50,810 bases of DNA from Octopus sinensis (Eukaryota), in NCBI RefSeq assembly GCF_006345805.1, contig NW_021834250.1, positions 1 to 50,810 on the forward strand. Direction: 5' to 3'. The notes under the pieces were generated by a model. It ran no database searches. It worked only from the letters and a program-made list of their open reading frames with translations, and was not told where the DNA came from. Below are positions 13,735 to 26,655 of the stretch, one piece after another (the first letter of the stretch is position 1; the number at the start of each line of letters is the position of its first letter). Position numbers and translations under genes: made by a program.

Positions 13735-13890
13735 GTTTCGCTTACGTTCCCGTACTTTACTATTTCGGTAACAAATACCAGGGTTACGGAATAAATATTG
13801 CGATCGATTTGTTTGACCAAATCCCATGAAGGCGCTGCTCCAGCATAGCCGTAGTCCTATGTGTGAACATGACTAAGATGAAAGATAAAT
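13735..13890 (+). mobile_element. SINE family B, 3' fragment
   Basis: GATTTGTTTGACCAAATCCCATGAAGGCGCTGCTCCAGCATAGCCGTAGTC. Confidence 0.65.
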
Positions 13891-14406
13891 ATCTGTATTA
13901 ATCCAAGAAAAAGAAATCAGCACCGAAATCTTATATCCAAGACAGATCAATTTTTTTCTGTCTCTATCTATGGCCGACAAACAACCCGCATTCTTTATTT
14001 TATAGAAAGAAGCCAGCGCAATCGAGTCATCGGCATGATCTTCACTATTACAGTGAAAGAAATTTTTATTACTTTTCCTATGGTAGCAAAAGGCCAAAAA
14101 GGAGGAAACATATCCACTGATACACTCTGTATAGTTATAAAGCATTATGTCATTATTGGCAATAGCGAATAACCATAATCATGACAGCCACACATCTATA
14201 GCTTTTCCAATAACATAGATGCGCTGTGGTAACATTTCTTTTGTCCAATACACACTTATACAACTATTGTTTTTATCTGATAAAATTACCCTCACCTTCT
14301 CGCTCTCTTTCAATCTCCCTCTTTGTCTGCCTCTATCCCTTTGCTTCTCTCTGTCTTTCTTTCTCTCACTCCCCCGTCTTTCTCTCTTCCTCTCTCTTTA
14401 TCTCTC

Positions 14407-14482
<76 letters not shown>

Positions 14483-14833
14483 CGTTGTCCATGTTTTTGA
14501 CATTGTATTTGACACTGAAGCATACTTGTAGCATTTGTTATGGTTAGGAAATACTGAATATTATGAATTTATCTCGTATAGCTTCCGAATCAAATCTGTG
14601 ACTTTATGACCAGAAAACGCTAATATGACATCCGCTATTAAAGCGAAGCAGTATAACATTTTGCATGGAAGGCCAGTACTTCTATAATTCTGTCTTCCCG
14701 CACTCTCAGTACATCCCTCCACACATACACACGCACACACATATACGCATACCACCCTTATAGATAGAACGGTCTCTGTCTCTTTCTTTCGCTCTTTCTC
14801 CCATTCTCTCACTCGCTGCATACACACACACAA

Positions 14834-14869
<36 letters not shown>

Positions 14870-14887
<18 letters not shown>

Positions 14888-15243
14888 AACGGTAGTTTGT
14901 CTGTGCGTGTTTCTGTGTGTCTGTTTGCTTGTACCCTCACCCTGACCACGGCTTTCAACCGATTCTGATGAAACTTGACACACACATAGCCCAATGTCAT
15001 AATTCAAAACTAACGCAGCGAAAATTTTGAAAAGTTCCCCCAGTTCTGAAAAAAAATCGATAAATTCGACATGGGGTCGAGAATCAGAAACACAAACCAC
15101 AAACTCCACCTTTTTTTAAATCTCAAAAAAAAATTTACCATCATTTTTTTCCATTTTTTTGCTATTTTTTGACTATAACTCTCTAAAAATGCTTTATAGT
15201 TATTTCCCTTACAAACCTGAGCAACGCCGGGCGATACTGCTAG
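14870..15243 (+). mobile_element. non-autonomous Helitron-type element
   Basis: Starts in TATATATAAA followed by a (TGTC)-like tract and AACCGATTCTGATGAAACTTGACAC. Ends with a GC hairpin (CCTGAGCAACGCCGGG) 10 nt before CTAG|T, the canonical Helitron 3' terminus. Confidence 0.8.
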
Positions 15244-15365
15244 TACATATATATATGTGTATATAAATATACATATTTATATATATATATATATATGTTT
15301 ATATATATATATAGATATATATATATATATATATGTTTATATACACACACACACATACACACACA

Positions 15366-15396
<31 letters not shown>

Positions 15397-15399
15397 CAC

Positions 15400-15443
<44 letters not shown>

Positions 15444-17788
15444 TATATATATAAAGGTCTCAGTCTGTGTCTCTTTCACTCTCCATCTTTCATTCTCTCT
15501 CTCTCGGTCCAAAATTTCAATGAAGCGTTTTCATTATAGATATACCCCTACAATATTTGCGCTACTCACCCATACAATTGTGATCGTCTACTTTTTATGC
15601 TATTATATGTTTGTATATATTTATTATATTCTTCTAGTCTTTCACTCAACTTAATAATCTGAACTCTTGCTAGTCTTTTCCCAAAGCGACAACCTCAATT
15701 ATACTATATTATTTTATGGCTTTGAAGGTTTATTTGTCTTCAGTAATTGCTGCGATAAAATGTCTATTTATTTATCATTGGAAATACTAAGTATACTGGT
15801 TCATATTATTATGATATTTAATCAAATTTAATCCAAGTATATTTTCATTATCTATTCTGTATTTAAGCTGATAAACAAGATAAGGTAAATATTTCCTATT
15901 CACCCTTATTCATTTTCTCTCTTTTCTCTCTTTCTTTCTCTCTCTTTCTCACTCACTCTTTTTCATTTGTATATTTTGAAACAAATCTCATTTGTATTTC
16001 CGTTAGCAAGACATTTGTTTGTAAATTTTATATAATTTTGATTTAGTATGTTGTAATTGAAATGCTCACTTACCATTTACTAGAATACAGGATAGAATAA
16101 CTGCCTAGAAATATTACGGTTTTTCATAAGACTTTCTGGGTATTAAGTTCGAAGTTATTTGATGTTCTCTTCAGAGCTGGATTAATCATTAAGCAAGATA
16201 AGTGTATGTGTATCCCAGCATCACTTTGATGGCTTACGGTGACCTCTCACTCAATAACATAAATATATCTAGCAATATTAATCGTATTGGTCTCCTTTAC
16301 TAGAGTTACTCACAGATCTCATCACGGCTTCAAGAAAGAAAACAGCTTGTTAAAAACAAAAGCAAAATGTTACACAGACTGGTCCCAATTCACAACACAC
16401 CATAGAAATGGTCAATGATTTACGACACAAAAATTACAACCTGAAACTTTCTGAAGTAATATTCAATGTGGTTTATATGATCAGAAATATAATTTCCAAG
16501 TATTCATTGTGTCCTAATGAGGTTCCGCTGAAAGGTTTTGCTATTAAAAGAAGTAAAAGAAAACTTTTTAAACATAAATTGAGTGGAAATATACAAAAAT
16601 AAACAATATTTTGCATCTTCCTGTTAGTTTTGTTTCATTTTAAGAAATAAAAATGTATTTTATGGTTTACTTTTCTTTATATTTTCAATAACATATATAC
16701 ATATATATATATATATATGGAGGCACGAAAATCGCTAAGTGCTTAGGGCCTATATGGGTCTTCATCCGGTTCTGATTATCTTCAGTTAATTTCTGTTGCT
16801 GCGTTCTTTTATAATTATTTCATGTCTATATCAAATACTTCTGTTTGTTAACTAATTTTAAGCTTTCTTCGTCTGATTCCTGGAACCACCCAAATCCTCA
16901 CAGCAATTAAGTGAAGAGCAAATAAGCATTTAACGCGTAGTTCGGAGCGTTTCACATTCACTCATTGTTCTACAGTTATATTATGGCACCATTTCACTTC
17001 AGTGTTCACACCAAACGCGGAATCCATCGTGGTATTCCCACTCATAGCACATGATCTCCGACTCCCTTGATACTTGTTCTTTTGCTCCTTGATTCTTATC
17101 TACTTAAACTAGGAATATTTATGTTATTTTTTCATTATAATTTTACTCCAATTCTAGAATGTTCAAATTATAATATGCGTTTCACCAATCAATGACTTTT
17201 GTTCTTCACTGGTTTTTGCAAGATATCTTCAGATCAAGCAATTCCAGCCAACACATAATCATAGTGGATACGCAAAAATTCGCTTTATATGGACATGCCC
17301 ATTGCTAATTGTGTCCAGCAATCTTTTATAAAGCAGATACGCATAAACTGTAGGACAGACAAGATATTGCTATTTTCAGTGTTTGAAGAATGAGCACCAT
17401 TGGCAAGTGGTTATCTTTTGTTGCATATCGTTGCCTATGTTCACTTTTGTCCTTCACTTTTTTGTTGACACTTAACTTTCTATGTGATTAGTTATCTCGT
17501 AGAAGAATGACCAAACATCCATTTTCAAATGATTAGTTATTAAATTATTGTCTTTGTCATAAAAATTAAAACAGCACAAAGAACCTATTATTATGACTCC
17601 CAACTCAATTTCAATATTCTAAAATGCAATATTCTGGTATATTTTCATTTTTTATGTAAACATTCTAAAATCAATTTTCCAAGATTGTATCTGATGCACC
17701 TTCTATATTTTCCAGAAGTAGAAGCTACATTTCTATATTTAAGAGAGGAGGAATTATGTACATTATTTAAACTCAATAGATATTTGTC

Positions 17789-17829
17789 CAACGTTTCGGC
17801 TAATATACCCTCCAGCCTACTTCGGGTGT
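17789..17829 (-). ncRNA. degenerate minimal hammerhead motif (inverted copy)
   Basis: Minus strand reads ACAC-CCGAAGT-A-GGCTG(GAGGGTATAT)TAGCC-GAAA-CGT-T. GAAA and the palindromic ACGT stem III are intact; the 3' arm of stem I is lost by deletion. Confidence 0.4.
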
Positions 17830-18051
17830 CTTGGGGAAACCACTACGCCATATGCCCACGGGCATATGGCGTAGGAGTTAAGAGCGCGGGCTTCTAAACC
17901 CAAAATATTCCGAGTTCGATTCCAAGCAGTGACATGAACAACAACAACAACAACAACAACAACAACTACAACAACAACAATAATAATAATAATAATAATA
18001 ACATCGAAAAATACTTTAGGAATGAGAACCCAGGTTCCAAATCTCCCCAAA

Positions 18052-18095
18052 ACACCTGAAGGAAGCTGGAGGGTATATCAGCTGAAGCACTGTGT
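18052..18095 (+). ncRNA. degenerate minimal (type I) hammerhead ribozyme motif
   Basis: ACAC-CTGAAGG-A-AGCTG(GAGGGTATAT)CAGCT-GAAG-CAC-T-GTGT. Stem I ACAC/GTGT and the 5-bp stem II are intact; the core is mutated relative to CUGANGA/GAAA. Confidence 0.45.
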
Positions 18096-18496
18096 TAATA
18101 ACAAACAAGATTAGGACACATATCCATCAAATGTAAATAATGTAAATAATGTACATAATTCCTCATCTCATAAATATAGAACTGTAGAAGCTATATCTTC
18201 AAACGTATTTTTTTACGACAGAAAACTTTATTCAGAGTAAAATAAATGGCTTCAAAAAGGTGTGAATTATTCATGCTACGAAACAACATAATTTGCAAAC
18301 TAGTGATTCTCAGTCATGGACTTAATACTTGAACTGATTGATGCCCTAAATGAAGCTTTTCATACCACTGATGTCACTGTACTGTGTATGTACTCAACTG
18401 CAGCCAGGCTATTCATGATTATTTTCGCATAAGCTACTGCTTTATTTGAAATGATTAAATATTTTTCTAATAAAAAGTCGTTATAATAATCAGAGT

Positions 18497-18795
18497 GGAG
18501 GCGCAATGGCCCAGTGGTTAGGGCAGCGGACTCGTGGTCGGAGGATGGCGGCGTTGTGTGTGTTTATTGAGCGAAAACACCTAAAGCTCCACAAGGCTCC
18601 GGCAGAGGGTAGTTGTGACCCCTGTGTACTCTTTCGCCAGAACTCTCTCTCACTCTTTCTTCCTGTTCCTTGAGTAACGCTGTGATGGACTGGCGTCCCG
18701 TCCAGCTGGGGGATGATACATACGCCATAGAAACCGGGAAACCGGGCCCTTGAGCCTGGCTAGTTTGAAAAGGGTGTATAAATAAATAAAAAAAA
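18497..18795 (+). mobile_element. SINE family C (tRNA head; B box deleted in this copy)
   Basis: GGAGGCGCAATGGCCCAGTGGTTAGGGCAGCGGACTCG...GATGGACTGGCGTCCCGTCCAG...A-rich tail; aligns with 27938-28256. Confidence 0.9.
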
Positions 18796-19434
18796 TAATA
18801 ATAATCCATGAACCGAGGTTTTTCATTACATAGCCAAGCGGGAAGTGCAAATTTTCCTGGGTCGGTTTAAGTACTAGAAAACCTGACAGTAGTAAAAAAT
18901 ATTTCAGAACATACATAATTCATATGTTTTCATTGAGTGGAAAACACTAAAGGGCAAGTTGAAGGTGTTAAACAGGATGAAGTATTAAGTCCGCTACTCA
19001 AAACAAAACAAAAAGAATCAAGATATTCCGTCCTACGCTCCCACTATTCTGTAAGTCAGCATCCTAGACTGTTATTTCATTTCTCAAGAAGAAAAGTTGT
19101 AGAGCATAGTTGATCGTCACAAATATTAGAAGAGATCCGACCCAATGTTCTAGCAAGTCAACCATTTCACCACTTAGATTCACACGCATTCAAATGCATT
19201 ATCACATAATTTACATAATGAATAATGAATAGTACTATTTGCCTCGGAAAGCAGACTTCCACATTAAATTTTCTGTTTCGTCTCTAAAGTAAAGAAACCA
19301 CTCTATTTTGACAAAATTGAACTTCCAATATTCATAGACGCAGACATAATGAACGCTGAAAAATTTATTGCCGTTTTATGTTAATGAAGCAAATTGAATA
19401 AATTAGTTTTAGTCTGTTTATAAACGTTTCTTAA

Positions 19435-19656
19435 TAAAGGGGGCGCGCTGAGAAGTTCCTGGCTTTCAGGGTGTCGCGAAAGGCCTGGTTGGACTCCCAA
19501 AATTCCGAGTGGTTTTACAGAGGTTAGGAAAACTGAACGACTGCTGCAGTAAGTGTATGAATCTGAGAGGGGAATATGTTGAATAAAACCATAATTAACT
19601 GATCCTCCTGTATTTTCTTTTACCCAAAGCCAGGAACTTTTCAACGCCCCCTCGTA
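19435..19656 (+). mobile_element. mariner-derived MITE (internal deletion derivative)
   Basis: TIRs GGGGCGCGCTGAGAAGTTCCTGGCTTT and AAAGCCAGGAACTTTTCAACGCCCCCTCGTA, TA ends, and an internal transposase C-terminus (FYRG..GKLNDCCSKCMNLRGEYVE*). Confidence 0.85.
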
Positions 19657-19689
19657 ATTCGTTCAAATTTTGGCTAGAAATTTTAAGGG

Positions 19690-19860
19690 AGGAAGTAAAC
19701 TGATTACATCGACTCCAGTGATTAACTGGCAATTATTTTAAGGACTCCGAAAGGATGAAAGGCAAAGTTGACATCAGCAGTATTTGAAATCAGAACGTAA
19801 AGAGCCAGAAAAGATATCATTACACATTTTGTCTGGCGCATTATGGATTCTGGCGGCACA
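19690..19860 (-). mobile_element. SINE family A, diverged copy
   Basis: GATTACATCGACTCCAGT...CCGAAAGGATGAAAGGCAAAGTTGAC...CAGAACGTAA on the plus strand. Confidence 0.75.
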
Positions 19861-19885
19861 ACACCTTGAAGCTTCCTAAAATAAT

Positions 19886-20120
19886 ACCTATTTTTTTATT
19901 ACCTACAAGGGGCTAAACATAGAGGGGACAAACAAGGACAGACAAACGTATTAAGTCGATTACATCGACCCCAGTGCGTAACTGGTACTTAATTTATCGA
20001 CCCCGAAAGGATGAAAGGTAAAGTCGACCTCGGCGGAATTTGAACTCACAACGTAACGGCAGACGAAATACCGCTAAGCATTTCGCCCGACGTGCTAATG
20101 TTTCTGCCAGCTCTCCGCCT
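19886..20120 (-). mobile_element. SINE family A, full-length
   Basis: Reverse complement of the 2173-2407 element with few differences. Confidence 0.92.
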
Positions 20121-20917
20121 TCATAATACCGTTTACTTTCCTCTCTGAATTGTGTGGAAATGTCGTTGAAGAAAACGCGAAAACATGACTTGTTTACGAC
20201 AAAACAGAAGCACTGAAGCTTTTTCGATTTATTTACGGTATAAATAGCGTATATTTGAATTTCCTCAATGTAAAAAGAATATCAGCATAACCTTATGAAT
20301 ACAATTTAAAGGGCACGCTTCTCCGTCTCCTACTTAGTGTCGTGGGCAAAATACCTTGAACTTCTGATCTTCAACTAGAGCGGAATCTGAAGACGTGTAA
20401 GCTCTTAGAATTATGATTAACCTTCTTTCGTTTTATATAATCATTGACATAAGCAAAATGAAACAGTCATTAGCGAGATTCGTTTGGAGAGAGAATTCAA
20501 GTCTAGAACGTTCCTATTATATCAATAATAGTTAAAAGAAAATCGAAAATTGATTGGTTGTAATCCCAAGAAGATTTCTCTCGGCCATTTATCTTTTGCC
20601 ATCTCTCCTAAGCATTTTAGTATCTGGGAATTGAAAATGTCATTTGTTCTCAGTAAGCTGAAATGTTTCGCTTATAGAAACTGGAAAATCCATCAGAAAG
20701 TTCTTTCGTCACTTTGCTAATTCAAATTAAAAAAAGAGAAAAACTGATAAATCATACGAAGACGTTTCACATATATATCGAACAATTTATCAAGTAACAA
20801 ATCTAAAATGTCTCATTCAGATTATAATAAATTTCCAGCAATGTTAAACGCTATAGTAAGAAGCTTCCGGCCATCAATGCTTTGTATCAAATGGTTGTTA
20901 TTTTAACCCATTGAAAA

Positions 20918-22114
20918 TATTGGGTTGGCAATTAAATTCCTGCCGTTTTCCTTGATATAATTTTAAAAAAAAAAGGTTTAATAAAATTAACAACTAATTA
21001 ATCAATAATATATTCACCCTTGTTGTATACAACTTTTTACCAACGTTCAACAAAATTTTCAATACCTCGTTGGTAGATATCACCCGATTTCGACTCGAAA
21101 AACTGATCCAATCAAGCTCTCAATTCTGCATCAGTATTGAACGAAACTCTGCACATAGCATTTGAAAGAGATCGAAAGAGGTGGAAATCCGTTGGTGCCA
21201 AATCAGGAGAGTACAGCGGGTGTGGCAGCACTTGCCAGCCATGCGTTTAAGTGACTTTCTTAGTCATATTAGCGATATGACGGCGTGTGTTGTTGTGCAG
21301 CAGAAAACCTCCATGCTGCCGATGAGGTATTTTCTCTTGAATAGCCGTGTTGAGTCGTTCCATCTGCTGAACGTAGAGTTTCGCATCGACTGTTTGGTTT
21401 CGTTCAAGCAATTCGTAATGGATAATCCCTTCCCAGTCTCACCATACGCACAAAATCTTTTTACGCAGATGATCTTGTTTCACGTGCGGCGTGGCTTATT
21501 TATCACGGCTAAGCCATTCCTTACGCTGCGTCATATTGATGTACACGCACCATTTTTCGTTGCCAGTAACGATTCGGTAAAGAGATCGTTGCTTGTGTCC
21601 ATGAGTTGAGCAGTGACGAACAAGCAAACCTGCGGAGACTGTGGCTCGTTGATTTTTGTTGTTATCCCGTAAAGCGTACCGAACACATGCTCCATACTTC
21701 TGAAACTTTCCCACCGAATGAAGATGCTTCTCTATAGCAGTGTGGGAGCATTCCATTTTCTCTGCCAGGTCCCTTGTCCTTTGACGAGAATTTTCGTTCA
21801 AAAGTTGGTTTAATCGCTCTTCATCAAACTTAACTCGATGGCCAGATCGAGGTGCGTCTTTGAGATCAGAATTTTTATTTTCGAACTTGGCATACCAATC
21901 ACGAGTGGTTCTTTTGGCTATGGCACCCTCTCCGTACACAGCACAAATATTGCGAGCAGCTCTTGCCGCCTTACAACCTTCATTAAAAGAAAAAAAGTAG
22001 GTGCCGAAAATGCTCGTTTTTCTTAACTTGACATTCCATTTCAATGATCTGAAAAAAAAAAAAAGAATTAACTAATATTAACTAGAAAAAAAGAAACAAG
22101 TTACCAACCCAGTA
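20918..22114 (-). mobile_element. near full-length defective mariner (Tc1/mariner, DD34D) transposon
   Basis: Imperfect TIRs (TATTGGGTTGGCAATT at 20918; CCAACCCAGTA ending at 22114), TA at both ends, about 1.2 kb, with an internal transposase pseudogene. Confidence 0.93.
21010..22039 (-). pseudogene. mariner transposase pseudogene
   Basis: Reads MECQVKKNEHFRHLL (frameshift) FNEGCKAARAARNICAVYGEGA...DAPRSG...IVTGNEKW...LLHNNT...WQVLPHPLYSPDLAPTDFHLFRSL...RGIENFVERW*KVVYNKGEYIID*. The first two catalytic Asp are Asn, and there are in-frame stops. Confidence 0.93.
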
Positions 22115-23032
22115 TTATAGCAAATTCAAAAAGCATGAGATATACAAATTTCACTATTTCCTACCCATAAAATTTCAAGTATATAATGGGAGAATTTTGA
22201 GAAGCATTCTATACAATTTTAACAAATAAGACTATCAAAGTTTATTTTTATACTCACTTAGCCTATTGAAATATACATTGTGAAGAACTCAGAGAAAGCT
22301 CTTGATTTCCGAATGAAGGACAGCATCTTTTATTATGTATTTCAAAACTATATAGATCTTTGAGGAAGATATAACAGGTTTGTATTGTATATTAGTAATT
22401 AGTCATATGTTCTCAAACACAGAGAAGCGTGATAAATTTTCTATTAAATGTGCCCAAGGGCTCGATTGGTAGGTTTTCTTTTCATATACAACACAAGAAT
22501 ATTTTCTTAAAACAAGTTCTCCATGGGAAATTTTGAACTCCGAATATGATGGCTCTTATCAAAATTCAACAAAGTATTTTACGTCGCTCTAAGAAAGCGC
22601 CAACAGAGATCGGAATATTTATAATCCAGTCACACTTTCCACGATCTTCACTGTGGTTCGTAAATAACATCGGTAACCTGGCGCAGAGTAAAATTCAACC
22701 TAACATACAAGATTGTAATTTTGATGTAGCTGCTATCTATTGATCAACATTTTTTTTTTTAGCTCATATTGCGGATATCACACTGTCATCTTTTAGTTGC
22801 CAGGCCAAATCTTCCTTGGAAATAAATATTCTGGAAAATTTCGCCTGAAGGCAGAATGTTCTGAACTAAACAGCTTCGATGAAGCCTTGGTTAATATCTA
22901 GGCCTATATAGATTGCGGAAAATATTTCGCCAAAACACGCATGTTTGGGAAAAAATACACTGCCTTCTATTTTATATATTTTAGATGTTGTTTTATCCCT
23001 CCTTATCAAGTCTGGAATTTACCAAGGGCCGT

Positions 23033-23180
23033 CTTTACGTACTGAGTTCAAATTCCGCCGAGGTCCACTTTGTCTTTCATCCTTCGGAATCGATAAACAA
23101 AGTAACAATTACATACTGGAGTCGGTTTAATAGACTTACACCTCCCGCCGAATTTGCTGCCCTTGTGCTAAAATATGATA
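23033..23180 (+). mobile_element. SINE family A, partial (short-tail variant)
   Basis: GAGTTCAAATTCCGCCGAGGTCCACTTTGTCTTTCATCC...GCCCTTGTGCTAAAAT. Confidence 0.8.
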
Positions 23181-23648
23181 CCAAATTTAATAATTCATGA
23201 TGATAATAGTGTGTCCATAGTCCTATAAGGATATGTAGTGACAATTTACCTCAAACTATTTATATTTTTGTATATATACCGTCATATCCAAAAATAAAAC
23301 GTTCTAAATATCAATGACCGTTTCTTTCATGTTCAGATTAGTTATTTATAAGCTATACATCCAACAGAAGATTAACGTCTGAGAATCTAGTCTGCGACAT
23401 TCTTTTGATTCTTTTCTGGAACGATTTAATCCCATTTATGTTTCTATATATTGTTTCAGCGATAATAATTTTTCAAGTTACGACGCACGTGACAAAAAAA
23501 TAAAGGGTAGAAAAAAATCTTTAAAATATATTCCTATGATAAAGGTTTTTAAAAGTTTATTTTCTGTTACGTTTACACACTTTACACACTTATATACACA
23601 CAACGACACACAGACACAGTCACAGACATACACACACACACACGCACG

Positions 23649-23745
<97 letters not shown>

Positions 23746-23820
23746 GCATCCGTATATTATAAATATATATACTTATATATACACATACATATATATGTCA
23801 TTTATATATATATATGTACA

Positions 23821-23855
<35 letters not shown>

Positions 23856-24036
23856 TACATATGTATAGTGTATGCATCCATACAAGTATGTGTGTGTGTG
23901 TATAATTAATTGGATTTCTATAGTTTCAAAATGGAATTTATTTTTATTTCATTGTTATTATCATTATTATCATTGCTATTATTATGATTATCATTATTAT
24001 TATTATTATCATTATTATTATCATTATTATTATTAA

Positions 24037-24070
<34 letters not shown>

Positions 24071-24752
24071 TTATTATTATTATTGATAGTATGTCCACCA
24101 TCATCATCGTTTATTCTCATTATTACCACTACTACTACAACTACTGCTGCTGCTACTACTACAACTGACAGGAAAAAATATGAAAAAAAATATGAAGAAA
24201 AAGATATTTTAATTAATGCGCACTGACGTTGCCGTATTTTCAAAGAAAGAAAACAACAACAACAAAAAAAGAATAGGAAAACAATAGATATAAATAGAAT
24301 CTGTCTTAAATTGTCGATTTGCCGTATGATTTGATTCATTAGTTATTTTATTTCAAATATTTTATATTTTCTGCTCTAAATGCAAATTGATTTTCTGCAA
24401 ATCTATTCAATACAAAGCAGACTTTTACGTGAAATTCTATTTACTTGATTAGTCTTAAATATTTTTAATTGGATTAAGAAAGTGTGGCGAACTTGCACAG
24501 AAAGCGTTTCTTATTTCCGGCAATCACGGTTTGCCAGACGAATTAATTAAACATGCTTCTAAACAGCACATAACTACGTAATCCATTATAATCTTATTCT
24601 CTCATTCTTATTCTTATTCATATATATATATATACACGTTATCATTGAATGATATATTTACAGATCAAACAGACACACACACAAATATATATCATGCTGT
24701 TTATATATATATATGTTTGTATGTATATATATATATACACTGGGTCATATAT

Positions 24753-24860
<108 letters not shown>

Positions 24861-24922
24861 TGGGTCATCCAATAAATAATGAGTTTTTTTATAAATGCAT
24901 GAACTAAAAGTCGAAGGGGAGA

Positions 24923-25749
24923 GGATAAACTACCTACATCAACTTGCTATAACAGTAGGTAGTAATTTTATGTTGTTTTTAATCTTAGTGCAAGTTTGTA
25001 AGAGTGCAGTTCGATTTTAACGGTTATTTTTTCAAAGATATAATGTAAGTGACAAAGTAGCATATTTAGCATATTTACTTATGAGTTTAATAAAGGCAAC
25101 AACGCAACGGAAAGTGCAAGGAATATTAATACATTATATAGGGATTGGGTAATGCGAGCAAGCTAGTTTCTGATCCAGAATCTACAGCCTAGAAGACGGG
25201 TCTCGCCCTATAATTAGAACTCGATGGGGATATCCTGGAAAACCTGGTGGAACAAAATCCCATCGTAACTGTTGATGAACTAGCAGAGAATCTTGGATTT
25301 GGTCATTCAACCAATCATCAAGCCTTCGTGCTATCGGAAAAGTCAACAAATTGGATCAATGGGTTCCTCACAAACTTTCCAAGTGTAGTCGCGCTCAGAG
25401 AGTGAATGTGTGCCCTTTGTTGTCACGTCTTACGAATAAACATTTTGGGACCGAACAGTGAATGGTAACGAGAAATGAGTTCTCTCTAAAAATGTCAATC
25501 GCCGAAGACAATGGGTAGGGAAACGAGAAACACCGGCACCCAAGGATAAACTACCTACATCAACTTGCTATAAAAGCAGGTAGTAAATTTACGCTGTATT
25601 TAGTCCTACTGCAAGTTTATAAGAGTGCAGTTCAATTTAACAGTTATTTTTTTAAAGTAACAAAGGGGCATATTCTGCATATTTTATTTATGAGTTCAAT
25701 AAAGGTAACAACACAACGGAAAGTGCAAGGAATATTAATACATTGTATA
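24923..25749 (+). mobile_element. rearranged mariner remnant: 5' region plus N-terminal transposase, followed by a second copy of the 5' region
   Basis: Decayed frames give YEFNKGNNATESARNIN, LVEQNPIVTVDELAENLGFGHS, KLDQWVPHKL, NGNEK and RRQWVGKRETPAP. 24923-25140 is repeated, with divergence, at 25544-25749. Confidence 0.85.
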
Positions 25750-25944
25750 CATTTATTCACGTAAGTTGTTGTTATCTGTTTGGTGGGATATGAAAGGTTT
25801 AGCCCTCTTTGAACATTTAAACTCATACTAAACGATAACAAAGGAGATCTACAGCGAGCAGCTTGAATGGCTTAAATCAGCACTAGATGAAAATCGACCG
25901 TCATTTGATAATCAAGTGTATCAAAGGATTCACTTGATCATCAA

Positions 25945-26655
25945 AACCGTCTATCATGGACCAATAGCCAGATTACTATCTCCCACGTTGAACAGTATGC
26001 GTTTGCAATCCAGGAACAGGAAATCGCAATCAAATACCTGATGCACAAAAGGGATAGAGATGCAAGAAAAAACGTAAAATGTTACAACCGATGTTGACTT
26101 TGTAGAAGATATCCACATCAAAACAATTGTCCAAATATGTCGTCACTGTACTATCTACCGATGAGACATGATGTAGCTTAGGCACTCTATAATGAAATCT
26201 GTCGGAAGGATAACACCGAGGACAAAGAAATAAAAGCCCACAATATTTTAGAAACCATAGCCACTCGGAATAAAAAAGGAGTACTGATGAAATGTCCCAG
26301 TGAAGACCTAAATAAAATGTATGAAGAACAGACCAGTTGTAATGATTTGGAATAGAGAAGAGAAACATTGTACAGTTGTGGAAATTAGCTGCCCAGCGAA
26401 TGTTAACATCAAGTTGATCGTCAGTGTATGAGAATACCTACGCTCATTTATGGAGAAATCTGAAGGTTTTCTTTCCAGATTGCAAGTTCAGGTTTATACC
26501 TATAATTATTGGGTCCCTGGGATATGTATCACACTGCCTAAACACCAATCTTGAAAATTAGGCTTCTCAAAACCAAAAAGGAAAAAGCTAATTCGAAGAG
26601 TACAGATCCAATCCACCACTGGAACTTAAGAAAGCTGTAAAAGTTTGCTACAAAA
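25945..26655 (+). mobile_element. R4/Dong-clade non-LTR retrotransposon 3' fragment (Zn knuckle plus restriction-like endonuclease), pseudogenised
   Basis: Translation across stops and frameshifts: YAFAIQEQEIAIKYL...RC*LC...NCPNMSSLYYLPMRHDVA...KNRPVVMIWNREEKHCTVVEISCPA...ENTY...FIPIIIGSLG. This is the RLE-clade C-terminal pattern. Confidence 0.88.

Larger units (their letters stand above)
17728..18186 (+). mobile_element. tRNA-headed SINE-like element with Penelope-type hammerhead tail, preceded by an internally deleted inverted copy of itself
   Basis: Forward unit starts at 17860: GGGCATATGGCGTAG (A-box region), B box GAGTTCGATTCCA at about 17912, an (AAC)n(AAT)n linker, then a tail to 18186. 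17728-17857 is the reverse complement of the first 19 nt of the head fused to the tail. The direct repeat GTAGAAGCTA flanks the structure (17718-17727 and 18184-18193). Confidence 0.75.

Noticed and set aside
17240-17450. Gypsy integrase relic on the minus strand (KITTCQWC; LRIHYDY)
   Set aside because: Only two short, weak motifs, separated by stops and an uncertain frame; insufficient support.
21181-21609. 142-aa plus-strand ORF
   Set aside because: It is the antisense shadow of the mariner transposase.
22840-22875. CTGAAGG-CAGA..TCTG-AAC hammerhead-like motif
   Set aside because: Incomplete core and no stem I or III; could be chance.
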